Notes under the pieces: model-generated
Database searches by the model: none
What the model was told of the DNA's origin: nothing
Seen by the model: the letters and a program-made list of their open reading frames with translations, nothing else
Shown: positions 37,415 to 47,363 of the stretch, piece after piece
Position numbering within the stretch: the stretch's first letter is position 1
How the letters are laid out: every line of letters begins with the position of its first letter
NCBI GenBank assembly: GCA_038065655.1
Contig: JBBTQO010000009.1
Coordinates: forward strand, 218 to 64,217
From: Patescibacteria group bacterium
GTDB taxonomy: Bacteria > Patescibacteriota > Minisyncoccia > Phycocordibacterales > WO2-35-19
DNA length: 64,000 nucleotides
Direction of reading: 5' to 3'
Position numbers and translations under genes: made by a program

Positions 37415-37660
37415 TTACCTTGGTAGATCCGAAAGTTTGTGTGGTACCTGAACAAAAACTACCGAGGCCTCAAATTCCAAGTCACTGACTTTCAGTCTCA
37501 ATTTGAAATACTCTTTTTTCTCATTGAGATGAAACCACCCTCTTTTTTTGAGATATTGCACTGCAAAATCAGCAGCCACAAATTCACCATATTGATGGCC
37601 GGCTACTTCAATCCTGTATTTACCGATCATTCCTGTTAAATGCATGGGGCATCTGCGCAT
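37415..37660 (-). CDS. Orphan protein in a self-contained cassette
   Basis: TTGCAA-17-TAGTTT (37706-37678), AAAGGTG SD-like, terminator GGACGATCGCC-N6-GGCGATCGTCC (37354-37381). Confidence 0.55.
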   Translation of the reverse strand: MRRCPMHLTGMIGKYRIEVAGHQYGEFVAADFAVQYLKKRGWFHLNEKKEYFKLRLKVSDLEFEASVVFVQVPHKLSDLPR

Positions 37661-37777
37661 TTTACACCTTTGCCATTAAACTACCCCTGTTTAGATATTT
37701 TTGCAATTTATTGCTTGTTGGTGTATATTTTCAAGTGTTCCTTACGGAATTTTTTATTTACCTAAATTATTTATTTT

Positions 37778-39931
37778 ATGAATCGTGATTATCCGTTAGA
37801 GAGAGTTAGAAATTTTGGAATTATAGCCCATATTGATGCCGGCAAGACTACTGTTTCCGAGCGTATTTTGTTTTACACCGGAAGCCAGCACAAGATTGGA
37901 GAAGTGCATGAAGGGGAGACTACCACTGACTGGATGGAACAGGAGCGGGAACGAGGAATTACTATCACCGCGGCCGCCATTACTTGTTTTTGGGCACCAA
38001 CATATTTGGGTGAAGAAAGCAGAAAAAACAAAGATAATAAATATCGTTTTAATATTATTGATACTCCAGGGCACATTGATTTTACAGTGGAAGTGAAAAG
38101 ATCAATGCGTGTTTTGGATGCGGCTGTTTGTGTGTTTGATGGCGTAGCCGGAGTTGAGCCTCAGAGCGAAACCAACTGGCGCTATGCCGAGGAAGCCGCT
38201 GTGCCTCGTCTTTGTTTTATAAATAAATTAGATCGAATTGGCGCTAACTTTGAAAAATCATATAAATCAATTTTGGTCAGACTTTCCAAAAAGGCCGTTC
38301 GTATGCAAATACCGGTTGGTGAGGAAGATAAACACGAAGGACAAATTGATTTGTTAAAAATGAAAGCTTACAAATTTGAAGGTCACTTGGGCGGTAATGT
38401 GATTGAGACAGAAGTTCCTGAGAATTTGAAGGAGGAAGCCTTAAAATACCGAGCTGAATTGGTGGAAAGAATTGTAGAGAACAATGATGAAATGATGAAT
38501 AAATATTTAGCTGGGGAGGAAATTGCTGTCGCCGATTTGAAAAAGATTTTGCGCGAAGCTGTTATTGCTAATAAAATTTTCCCAGTTTTTTGTGGTTCTG
38601 CTTTGAAAAATAAAGGAGTGCAGTTGGTTTTGGATGCCGTCGTTGATTATCTACCTAGTCCACTCGATATGCCGGCTATAAAAGGTATTGATCCGAGAAC
38701 TGGCGAAGAGGTAGAAAGACACCCTTCTGACGAAGAACCATTTTCTGCTTTGGCTTTCAAACTTCAAGCCGATCCTTTCGTGGGACAACTCACATTCTTC
38801 CGGGTTTATTCTGGGACAATTGAGTCAGGCTCTTATATATATAATGCTTCAACTGGTGACAAAGAAAGACTTGGTCGTATCGTGCGATTACAGGCCGATA
38901 AGAGAGAAGAAGTGAAAAAAGTTTTTGCCGGAGAAATTGCCGCCGCTGTCGGTTTGAAAGATACCAAAACTTCAAACACATTTTGTGATGAAAATAATCC
39001 TATTATTTTGGAGACCATCATTTTCCCAGAACCAGTTATTTCACTTCGCATTGAACCTAAGACCAAAGCTGACCAAGAGAGAATGGGTATGGCCCTGCAT
39101 CGCCTTTCAGATGAAGACCCAACCTTTAAAGTTAAAGGTGATCCAGAAACAGGAGAAACTGTTATTTCTGGAATGGGCGAATTACATTTGGATATTATTG
39201 TTGATCGTATGAAAAGAGAATTTAATGTGGAAGCTAATGTCGGTGCGCCACAAGTAGCGTACAAAGAGACTATTACCGGTACGGCCGAAGCCGAAACTAA
39301 ATACATCAAACAGACTGGTGGAAAAGGTCAATACGGTCACGTCAAACTCAATATTAAACCTTTGGAGGCAGAAGTGGAAAATAAGAAAAAACAGAAAAAC
39401 ATTCATCGCGAAGAAGGTTTTGAATTCGTTGATTCCATCAAAGGTGGTGTGATTCCTTCTGAATTTATCCCTGCGGTTGAAAAGGGTGTCAAAGAGGCGA
39501 TGGAGCGAGGTATCGTGGCTGGCTACAAAATGGTGGATATTTCTTGTGAACTTACCTTTGGTTCTTACCATGATGTGGACTCATCTGAAATCGCTTACAA
39601 GATTGCCGCATCGCAAGCATTCCAAGAGGCGGCCAAAAAAGCTAAACCAGTGATTCTTGAACCCATTATGAAATTGGAAGTGGTGGTGCCGGAACAGTTT
39701 ATGGGTGATATTACGGGCCACCTTTCATCTAAACGAGGTTTGATTGAAGGTATGGATGATAGAGCTGGACTCAAAGTGGTTAAAGCTAAAGTGCCTCTTT
39801 CAGAATTATTTGGTTATGTTACAACACTTCGCTCTATGACTGAGGGTCGTGGTAATGCTAACATTGAATTTGATCACTATGCTATCGTGCCGGCTAACAT
39901 AGCTTTGGCTATTGTGGAAGCGAGGAAATAA
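37778..39931 (+). CDS. fusA: Elongation factor G
   Basis: AHIDAGKTT, RGITI, DTPGH, NKLD, GMGELHL, GSYHDVDSS. Confidence 0.98.
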   Translation: MNRDYPLERVRNFGIIAHIDAGKTTVSERILFYTGSQHKIGEVHEGETTTDWMEQERERGITITAAAITCFWAPTYLGEESRKNKDNKYRFNIIDTPGHIDFTVEVKRSMRVLDAAVCVFDGVAGVEPQSETNWRYAEEAAVPRLCFINKLDRIGANFEKSYKSILVRLSKKAVRMQIPVGEEDKHEGQIDLLKMKAYKFEGHLGGNVIETEVPENLKEEALKYRAELVERIVENNDEMMNKYLAGEEIAVADLKKILREAVIANKIFPVFCGSALKNKGVQLVLDAVVDYLPSPLDMPAIKGIDPRTGEEVERHPSDEEPFSALAFKLQADPFVGQLTFFRVYSGTIESGSYIYNASTGDKERLGRIVRLQADKREEVKKVFAGEIAAAVGLKDTKTSNTFCDENNPIILETIIFPEPVISLRIEPKTKADQERMGMALHRLSDEDPTFKVKGDPETGETVISGMGELHLDIIVDRMKREFNVEANVGAPQVAYKETITGTAEAETKYIKQTGGKGQYGHVKLNIKPLEAEVENKKKQKNIHREEGFEFVDSIKGGVIPSEFIPAVEKGVKEAMERGIVAGYKMVDISCELTFGSYHDVDSSEIAYKIAASQAFQEAAKKAKPVILEPIMKLEVVVPEQFMGDITGHLSSKRGLIEGMDDRAGLKVVKAKVPLSELFGYVTTLRSMTEGRGNANIEFDHYAIVPANIALAIVEARK

Positions 39932-40161
39932 TTCCCTTCCCAAAGGGTGACCCTTGAAGATCCTGCCCCAAAGGGTCATCCTCAAATTTTTATAAAATCC
40001 CGTCGATTTTCTGGAGACCGGAAGAGATGTTCGAATTCAAATTTGGGAAACTTCCCGCCAGAGAAGCTTTACCAAAGAAGAACAGGAAGCCAGAAGACGG
40101 CTCCGGAAAATCACTCGTTTTAAGAAAAAGATTCTGAGAAATCAGGATCAGCAATTTGGCC

Positions 40162-40197
40162 ATTAGCTCTGTTTTGCGAGCGCAGGACAGAGCTAAT
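40162..40197 (+). terminator. Strong hairpin ending a truncated orphan fragment
   Basis: ATTAGCTCTGTTTTGCG-AG-CGCAGGACAGAGCTAAT. Confidence 0.65.
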
Positions 40198-40311
40198 TCT
40201 TTGTGTTATATTAAATGCGTTATAAGTAATTGCGAGATAAATAATTTTTGAATATTTTTGGGCCCAAAATTTGGGAGTAAAAACATTCAAGAATTATCTC
40301 GCGTAAATAGA

Positions 40312-42462
40312 ATGAAGACAAAAAAATATGAAATGGAAATTGGAGGTGAGAAATTGACGGCCGAGTTTAGTGATTTGGCGGAAAATGCTCACGGTTCGGT
40401 AATTTTGAGATTGGGAGACACGACTGTCCTCGCGACGGCGGTTATGTCAAAAGGAGAAAAAGATTTGGAACATTTTCCTCTCTCGGTTGAATATGAGGAA
40501 AGATTTTATGCTTCAGGGCAGATTTTGGGCTCCCGGTTTATGAGAAGAGAGGGGAGACCCTCTGATGAAGCTGTGCTTTCCGGCAGGATCGTTGACCGAA
40601 CTATCCGGCCTCTTTTTGATAGCAATTTGAGAAATGAGATTCAGGTGGTAGTGACAGTGTTTTCTCTTGATAAATATGACCCTGATATTTTGGGAGTTAT
40701 TGCTTCTTCTTTAGCTTTGGCCACTTCAGAAATTCCTTGGAACGGACCTGTGGGCGCCGTGAGAATTGGCAAATTAAAAGGCAAAGAAGAATTTTTAATT
40801 AATCCTTCTTATGAAATGAGAAATTTGTCTGAATTAGAAAATGGAGAAAATAAAAAAGAAGATTATGAATTGGACATGATAGTTTGTGGCCGAGATGGCA
40901 CAGTAAATATGATTGAAGTGGGGTCTAATCAAGTTTCGGAAGACATACTGATGAAGGCTTTAGAAAAAGCAAATGGAGAATTGGCTAAATTGCAAAAATT
41001 TCAGGAAAATATAATAAAAGAAATAGGCAAAGAAAAAAGAGAAATCAAAAAAACAGAAGTGGCCGAAGATTTGAAAAAAGCTTTTGATTCTCAAGTTTTA
41101 ACGAAAATGAAAGATTTGGTGGGTGAAGCTGGTAAACATAAAATTTATGCTTTAGAAGATGAGTGGTTCAAATACTTAAACGAAAATATGCCAGAAGCCG
41201 ACCTTCGAGTGGCCAAAAAACTTTTCCACGGAGCCATTAACGATTTTATTCACCAGATTTCTATTGATGACAACAAACGTATCGATGGTCGCGGTTTTGA
41301 TGAACTTAGAAACTTATATGCTAAGGCAGGAGGTATCTCTCCGATTTTGCACGGTTCGGGTATTTTCTATCGAGGTGGTACTCACATCTTTTCCGCTTTA
41401 ACTTTAGGCGCTCCTGGAGATTCACAAGTGATTGACGGGATGGAAACTCATACTGATAAAAGATTTATGCATCATTACAATTTTCCTCCCTTTTCTGTTG
41501 GTGAAGTTGGCAGAGTGGGTGGCATGAACAGAAGAATGATTGGTCACGGCGCATTGGCCGAAAAAGCTTTGATTCCTATTTTGCCTTCTAAAGATGAATT
41601 TCCTTATACCATTAGAATTGTTTCAGAAGTTTTATCCTCTAACGGTTCTTCTTCTATGGGTTCGGTTTGTGGTTCTACTTTGGCTCTTATGGATGCTGGT
41701 GTGCCAATCAAAAAACCGGTGGCTGGAATAGCATCTGGGCTTATGATGCAACTCTTCGACTCCGCTCAGGGTCAAAATTTTAAATATAAAATTTTGACCG
41801 ATATCCAAGGTCCGGAAGATGAGCACGGCGATATGGATTTTAAAGTAGCGGGAACTCGTGATGGAGTGACGGCAGTTCAGATGGATGTCAAAGTGGATGG
41901 TATTCCTTTACCTATACTTAAAGAAGCTTTTGAAAAAGCCAAAATGGCGCGCATAAAAATATTGGATGTGATTGAAGCGGAAATAAAAGAGCCTAGAAAA
42001 GAATTGTCGCCTAAAGCGCCGAGAATAATTTCTATTAAAATTAAGCCAGAGCAAATCGGGATGGTGATTGGAACTGGTGGCAAGGTTATAAACGAAATCA
42101 AAGATAGTACTGGGGTTGAAATCGATATAGAGGAAGATGGCACGGTTTACATTACTGGCGAAGCCACTGGCGCTGAAAAAGCCAAGGCCCTGATAGAAGA
42201 TATTGTTAAGGAATACAAAGAAGGCGATAGAGTTTTTGGCGAAGTGGTGCGAGTGGCTGATTTTGGTGTGATCGTCAAACTTGGGTCAAAAAGTGACGGC
42301 TTGGTGCATGTTTCCGAAATTGCTCCGTTCCGAATAGAAAAAGTAGAGACTTATATGAAAGTAGGAATGAAAGTACCTGTTATAATAAAAGGCATAGATG
42401 ACAAAGGACGATTGAAACTTTCTATCAAAGATGCTGACCCTAACTTTGTGCAAAAGAAATAG
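40312..42462 (+). CDS. pnp: Polyribonucleotide nucleotidyltransferase
   Basis: RREGRPS, HHYNFPPFSVGE, SNGSSSMGS, GDMDFKVAGT, KH and S1 domains. Confidence 0.98.
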   Translation: MKTKKYEMEIGGEKLTAEFSDLAENAHGSVILRLGDTTVLATAVMSKGEKDLEHFPLSVEYEERFYASGQILGSRFMRREGRPSDEAVLSGRIVDRTIRPLFDSNLRNEIQVVVTVFSLDKYDPDILGVIASSLALATSEIPWNGPVGAVRIGKLKGKEEFLINPSYEMRNLSELENGENKKEDYELDMIVCGRDGTVNMIEVGSNQVSEDILMKALEKANGELAKLQKFQENIIKEIGKEKREIKKTEVAEDLKKAFDSQVLTKMKDLVGEAGKHKIYALEDEWFKYLNENMPEADLRVAKKLFHGAINDFIHQISIDDNKRIDGRGFDELRNLYAKAGGISPILHGSGIFYRGGTHIFSALTLGAPGDSQVIDGMETHTDKRFMHHYNFPPFSVGEVGRVGGMNRRMIGHGALAEKALIPILPSKDEFPYTIRIVSEVLSSNGSSSMGSVCGSTLALMDAGVPIKKPVAGIASGLMMQLFDSAQGQNFKYKILTDIQGPEDEHGDMDFKVAGTRDGVTAVQMDVKVDGIPLPILKEAFEKAKMARIKILDVIEAEIKEPRKELSPKAPRIISIKIKPEQIGMVIGTGGKVINEIKDSTGVEIDIEEDGTVYITGEATGAEKAKALIEDIVKEYKEGDRVFGEVVRVADFGVIVKLGSKSDGLVHVSEIAPFRIEKVETYMKVGMKVPVIIKGIDDKGRLKLSIKDADPNFVQKK

Positions 42463-42474
42463 TATAATACAAGT

Positions 42475-43461
42475 ATGGATCCTCAAGAAAAAAATGATAA
42501 CCCCAATAAATTTGGGAAGGTAATTGATGCTTTGCATAGCAAGCAAAAGCTTGCTTCTTTGCGTACTTATCAGGGAGACATGGCGGAGTTTATAAAAGAA
42601 AAAAATCAATCTACCATTTCCATTGCCCTAAAAGAGAAGGAAAGAAAAGAAGAAAGAGAAGAAAAAGAAGAGTTGGCTCCAGAGCAAAAAAGGGTAACAG
42701 CAAGTGGTAATGATTTTAAAATGAATTTAACTTCGCTTGCTTTAAGCCTTCTTTTGCTTGCTGGCGGGGCAGTGGCTTCTCTGTATATTTTTCAATTTAT
42801 AGGGAAAGAACCACCGGTAGAGGTTATACTTGATACCGAAATTATTCCTTACAACAATTCAATTATTCTAGCTAACCTAACTAATAAAAATATTGGAGAG
42901 GAATTTACTAAATTAGCATTAAGCAACGGTGTCAGTATTATAAAAGTATCAGATACTAGTGGTTTGGTTCTACAAAAATCCCAAGATTTTCTAGATTTTC
43001 TAGAAATATCTTTACCGGGAACTTTAGAGCGAACTCTAAAAAACGAGTACGCGATTGGAATAATTTCTCAAAATAATCAAAAGGCGTATTTCTTGGTGCT
43101 TGCCGTCAATGATTTTGGTCGCGCTTTCTCAGGTATGCTTGAGTGGGAAAAAACTATGGAAAAAGATCTAACATTCTTTAATGTGGAAATTAAACCAGCA
43201 AGTAATACAAATGTTACAACCAGTACTACTACAAGCACGACGACAAAAGTAATATTGTTTCCTACCCCGCTAGTCAAAGACGTGTTCAATTGGAAAGATT
43301 TAATTATTAAAAATAAGGATACTAGAGCACTGGTCAATCAAAAAAACCAGGCCCAAATTGCCTACACTTTTCTTGATAAAAACACTATTTTGATTACCAA
43401 TAATCTTACTGCTATCGGAGATATGTCAACTGCCTACGCTTCTCGATCATTTGCTAGATAG
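42475..43461 (+). CDS. Hypothetical single-pass membrane protein
   Basis: 328 aa, LRTYQGDM, one TM, AFSGMLEWE. Confidence 0.75.
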   Translation: MDPQEKNDNPNKFGKVIDALHSKQKLASLRTYQGDMAEFIKEKNQSTISIALKEKERKEEREEKEELAPEQKRVTASGNDFKMNLTSLALSLLLLAGGAVASLYIFQFIGKEPPVEVILDTEIIPYNNSIILANLTNKNIGEEFTKLALSNGVSIIKVSDTSGLVLQKSQDFLDFLEISLPGTLERTLKNEYAIGIISQNNQKAYFLVLAVNDFGRAFSGMLEWEKTMEKDLTFFNVEIKPASNTNVTTSTTTSTTTKVILFPTPLVKDVFNWKDLIIKNKDTRALVNQKNQAQIAYTFLDKNTILITNNLTAIGDMSTAYASRSFAR

Positions 43462-43484
43462 CCATATTATGTTAATATATAGAC

Positions 43485-43850
43485 ATGAGAAATGATATAG
43501 ACACAGAATATTTCAAAGAGAAATTAGAAGAGGAACTTCTCTTGGTAGAGAAGGAGCTTAATGATATTGGACGAAAAAATCCCAATAATAAAAATGATTG
43601 GGAAGCGGAGCCAACATTAATGAATGAAGATAGTGCTGATGAAAATGAAACTGCTGACAATATGGAGGAATTTGAGGGCAATACTGCAGTTTTAAAGGAA
43701 TTAGAAATCAGATATAACGACATAAAAACCGCGCTTAAAAAAATTGAAAAAAGTGAATATGGGATTTGTGAAGTTTGTGGTGAGCCGATAGAAGAAGAAA
43801 GATTAATTGCTAATCAAATTGCTCACACCTGCAAAGCCCACATGGGGTAA
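43485..43850 (+). CDS. DksA/TraR-family zinc-finger protein
   Basis: ALKKI...YGICEVCGEPIEEERL...TCKAH. Confidence 0.88.
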   Translation: MRNDIDTEYFKEKLEEELLLVEKELNDIGRKNPNNKNDWEAEPTLMNEDSADENETADNMEEFEGNTAVLKELEIRYNDIKTALKKIEKSEYGICEVCGEPIEEERLIANQIAHTCKAHMG

Positions 43851-43876
43851 AACTTTTGTGTTAGAATATTTCTAAC

Positions 43877-45415
43877 ATGTCATATGCTAAAGTTCACAGC
43901 GCGCAGGCCAATCTTTTAAAACCTTATATTGTTGATGTAGAAGCAGACCTTTCTAGAGGTCTGAATTCTTTTTCCATTGTCGGTTTGGGTGATAAAGCAG
44001 TAGAAGAAGCAAAAGATAGAATCAGTGCTGCCGTTAAAAATACCGGCTTTGAATCTCCAAAATCTAAAAATCATAAAGTAATTATTTCTTTAGCGCCAGC
44101 TGAAATCAGAAAAGAAGGCTCCGGGCTTGATGTGGCGATTGCTCTTTCCTATCTTTTGGCTAGTGGTGATATCATCTTTAATCCCAAATATAAAATATTT
44201 TTAGGCGAACTTTCCCTGGATGGATATTTGCGACCAGTCAAAGGCGCTTTAGCTTTCACTAGAAAAGCTAAAGAGGCTGGTTTTAGAGAAATATATTTAC
44301 CAATCCAAAATGCCCCAGAGGCAGCTCTAGTGGATGGCGTTAAAATTTATGGAGCCGAAACTTTAAAAGAAATTATAAATCATATTGCTGAGGATTCAGA
44401 TATAAATCAAAAAATAAAACCAGAAAAGAGAAGGGAAATCAAAAATTTGCATGATATTTCACTTGATTTGGCAGATATTAAAGGTCAAGAAGCGGCCAAA
44501 CGAGCGCTTGAGATAGCCGCTGCCGGAGGACATAACATTGCTCTCTATGGTCCACCGGGTACAGGCAAGACAATGTTAGCTAAAGCATTACCAGGCATTT
44601 TACCACCACTTTCGTTTGACGAAGCTCTAGAGGTGACTGAAATACATTCCATGACTGGGGCTTTGAATGATAATTTAGTAGCCGAAAGACCTTTCCGCTC
44701 TCCACATCACACTGCCTCCTATGTTGCTTTGATTGGTGGTGGCACTAATCCGAGACCGGGGGAGGTCACTTTGGCCCACAAGGGAATATTATTTCTTGAC
44801 GAATTTCCAGAATTTGAAAACAAAGCGATTGAATCTTTGCGGGAGCCATTAGAGGAAAAAGTAGTTTCGGTTTCGCGAGCCCGCGGTACTGTCAAATTTC
44901 CCGCTCATTTTATATTGGTCGCTGCTATGAACCCATGTCCTTGTGGTAATTTTGGTATCAAAGGTAAACCCTGTATTTGCGCGCCGCTTCAAATTGAGAG
45001 ATACAAGAGAAAAATATCTGGACCCATAATAGATCGTATTGACATCTGGACGGAAGTTTCCAAAGTTGATCACGAGAAACTTACTGAAAAAGCTGAAAAA
45101 AGTGAAAGTATTCCCGCAAGAGAAAGAATAATGAAAGCCAGAAATATTCAAGAGAAAAGATTCAAAGATGCTGGTAGAAAAATAAGTACTAACTCTGAAA
45201 TGAGTGCCAGAGATATTACTCTTATTTTAAAAATATCTGATGATGTTAAAGAAATTTTAAATAAATCGGCTCGCACCTTAGATCTTTCCGCCCGCTCCTA
45301 TCACAAAATTATTAAACTGGCTCGTACTATCGCCGACCTAGACTCCTCTCTAGAAATTTCTCCCTCCCACATCCTCGAAGCCATCTCTTACCGCCCCAAA
45401 CAGCAACAGTATTAA
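43877..45415 (+). CDS. comM: ComM/YifB Mg-chelatase-like ATPase
   Basis: GPPGTGKTM, RPFRSPHH, PGEVTLAH.G.LFLDE, AAMNPCPCG. Confidence 0.94.
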   Translation: MSYAKVHSAQANLLKPYIVDVEADLSRGLNSFSIVGLGDKAVEEAKDRISAAVKNTGFESPKSKNHKVIISLAPAEIRKEGSGLDVAIALSYLLASGDIIFNPKYKIFLGELSLDGYLRPVKGALAFTRKAKEAGFREIYLPIQNAPEAALVDGVKIYGAETLKEIINHIAEDSDINQKIKPEKRREIKNLHDISLDLADIKGQEAAKRALEIAAAGGHNIALYGPPGTGKTMLAKALPGILPPLSFDEALEVTEIHSMTGALNDNLVAERPFRSPHHTASYVALIGGGTNPRPGEVTLAHKGILFLDEFPEFENKAIESLREPLEEKVVSVSRARGTVKFPAHFILVAAMNPCPCGNFGIKGKPCICAPLQIERYKRKISGPIIDRIDIWTEVSKVDHEKLTEKAEKSESIPARERIMKARNIQEKRFKDAGRKISTNSEMSARDITLILKISDDVKEILNKSARTLDLSARSYHKIIKLARTIADLDSSLEISPSHILEAISYRPKQQQY

Positions 45416-45422
45416 AATTATT

Positions 45423-46313
45423 ATGAAAAAAGTTTACTTTATTACTTTTGTTTTTGTTATTTTGTTTGGTAGCTTTTTTTTGTATGAAAAAAGAGAAGTT
45501 AAAATTTTGTTTGTTGGTGATATGAATTTTGATCGCTATATTAGGCAAGTGGGGGAGAATAAAGGCGAAGATTTCGTTTTTTCTTGCATTAGCAATTTTT
45601 TGAAAGATTCTGATTTGGTGGTTGGCAATTTGGAGGGACCAATTACCGATAATTCATCAGTCAGTTTAGGAAGTGTAATAGAAAGTTCAGAGAATTACAC
45701 TTTTACTTTCCCTCCAAATACTGCCAAACTTTTAGCCAAAAATAATATAAAACTAGTGAATCTTGGCAATAATCATATAGGCAATTTTGGTAACGAAGGA
45801 ATCACTTCAACTAAAAAATATTTAAATAAAGCTGGGGTTAATTATTTATACAATAATGAAATATATCGCACTAAAATTGGTGGCACAAAAATAAGTTTTA
45901 TTTCCTTCAATGAATTTGGTGGAGATTCTCCAGAAAAAGTAGCTCAAAGTATTTTAGAGGAGAAAGCTAATAAGCAGATGGTTTTTGTTTATGCTCATTG
46001 GGGAGATGAATATATTAAGCCACCAAAAAGAGTTAAAGATAATGCAAAAATGTTTGCTGAAACTGGAGCAGATTTAATTATCGGTTCTCATCCGCATATT
46101 ATTTTACCTTCTGACCCTTCGATAAACTCATGGCAGGAAAAATATCAAACAATTGTTTACTACTCATTGGGAAATTTTATATTTGACCAATATTGGAATA
46201 AAGATGTTTCAACTGGGCTGGTTTTGGAAGTTGATATTAAAAATGGTGAACTCAGTGTTATTGAACATCAAGTTTCTTTGAATCGTGACGGCCGAACGTG
46301 TTTGGTAAATTAA
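45423..46313 (+). CDS. CapA-family metallophosphoesterase
   Basis: VGD, GNLEG, GNNH, HWGDEY, GSHPH, YSLGNFIFDQ. Confidence 0.92.
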   Translation: MKKVYFITFVFVILFGSFFLYEKREVKILFVGDMNFDRYIRQVGENKGEDFVFSCISNFLKDSDLVVGNLEGPITDNSSVSLGSVIESSENYTFTFPPNTAKLLAKNNIKLVNLGNNHIGNFGNEGITSTKKYLNKAGVNYLYNNEIYRTKIGGTKISFISFNEFGGDSPEKVAQSILEEKANKQMVFVYAHWGDEYIKPPKRVKDNAKMFAETGADLIIGSHPHIILPSDPSINSWQEKYQTIVYYSLGNFIFDQYWNKDVSTGLVLEVDIKNGELSVIEHQVSLNRDGRTCLVN

Positions 46314-46318
46314 ATTTG

Positions 46319-46741
46319 TGGAGATGCCGATATTGAAACCGGATGCAAATAAGTTTTGATAATGCTTCTACGCGATGTAGTTAATTTTATTCTGTTTTGC
46401 AACAGAAATTTGATATTTGTTCTAAAAAATTAACAAAACAAACAAATATCTAGTTTCTTATTTCAAAAACAAGCCGAAACATTTCTTGTTTTTAAAGTCC
46501 GAAGTTATTACAATTCCTTTCTCTAACAGACTTCAAGAGGGAACCGTCGCTTAGGGGAACTTAAAATTAAGTTCTAACGTAAGCGAAAGCAAAATCGTTG
46601 ACTCCAAAATATGGAGAAACAACAGACTTAGCTTGTGCAAGAATGTTTTTAGCATTTATGCTTTGGAAACTTTTTAAGAGTTTTTCCAGCTCTATCGCGC
46701 GCATTGTCAAAGAATCTCATCTGTCTAAACCTGTCATCCCC
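46319..46741 (-). ncRNA. ssrA: tmRNA
   Basis: 5' GGGGATGACAGGTTTAGAC pairs with 3' CATCTCCA (G3-U70); tag ORF 46653-46567 follows ATAAAT; directly downstream of smpB. Confidence 0.92.
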
Positions 46742-46786
46742 CTAAAACATTTTATGAAATAAAATATTTTGGGCGAACTTTTGGTT

Positions 46787-47227
46787 TTAATTTTTTATCT
46801 CTCGCCTTATCTCTCGCTCAACATCACGCTTTTTAATAGTCTCGCGTTTGTCGTATTTTTTCTTACCACGGACAATAGCAATCTCTAATTTTAGCTTCCT
46901 ACCCTTATTATACACCGAAAGGGGTACGATCGTCAACCCCTTTTGATTTTCTGACTTAGTTAGGTCAGTTATTTCTTTTTTAGTCAAAAGTAGACGGCGG
47001 TTTCGTAAAGGATTGTAATCATTTGGGGTGTTGGCTGGCTGATAGGGAGGAATCTGCATATTTATCACAAAGGCTTCATTCCCTCGCAAAGTAATATGGG
47101 CGCCTTCCAAAGAGCCCTGACCCTTTTTTAATGATTTAACTTCAAAACCAAGTAATTCTATACCCGCCTCGGTTTTTTCGAGTATTTCATAATTAAAATG
47201 TGCTTTTTTGTTCTGTATTAAAGGCAT
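46787..47227 (-). CDS. smpB: SsrA-binding protein
   Basis: NKKAHFNY, EAGIELLGFEVKS, GLTIVPL, GKKKYDKRE. Confidence 0.97.
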   Translation of the reverse strand: MPLIQNKKAHFNYEILEKTEAGIELLGFEVKSLKKGQGSLEGAHITLRGNEAFVINMQIPPYQPANTPNDYNPLRNRRLLLTKKEITDLTKSENQKGLTIVPLSVYNKGRKLKLEIAIVRGKKKYDKRETIKKRDVEREIRREIKN

Positions 47228-47363
47228 ATTCGATATTTTAACATTTTTATGCTATTATTGTCTTGTCACCAAATCAAAATGAAAATTCGCAAAAGTCCTC
47301 GGATCCCGGCTTCGCTTCGGCCAGACTTTTGAAATTTTATTTTGATTTGGTGACTGCAAAAAT

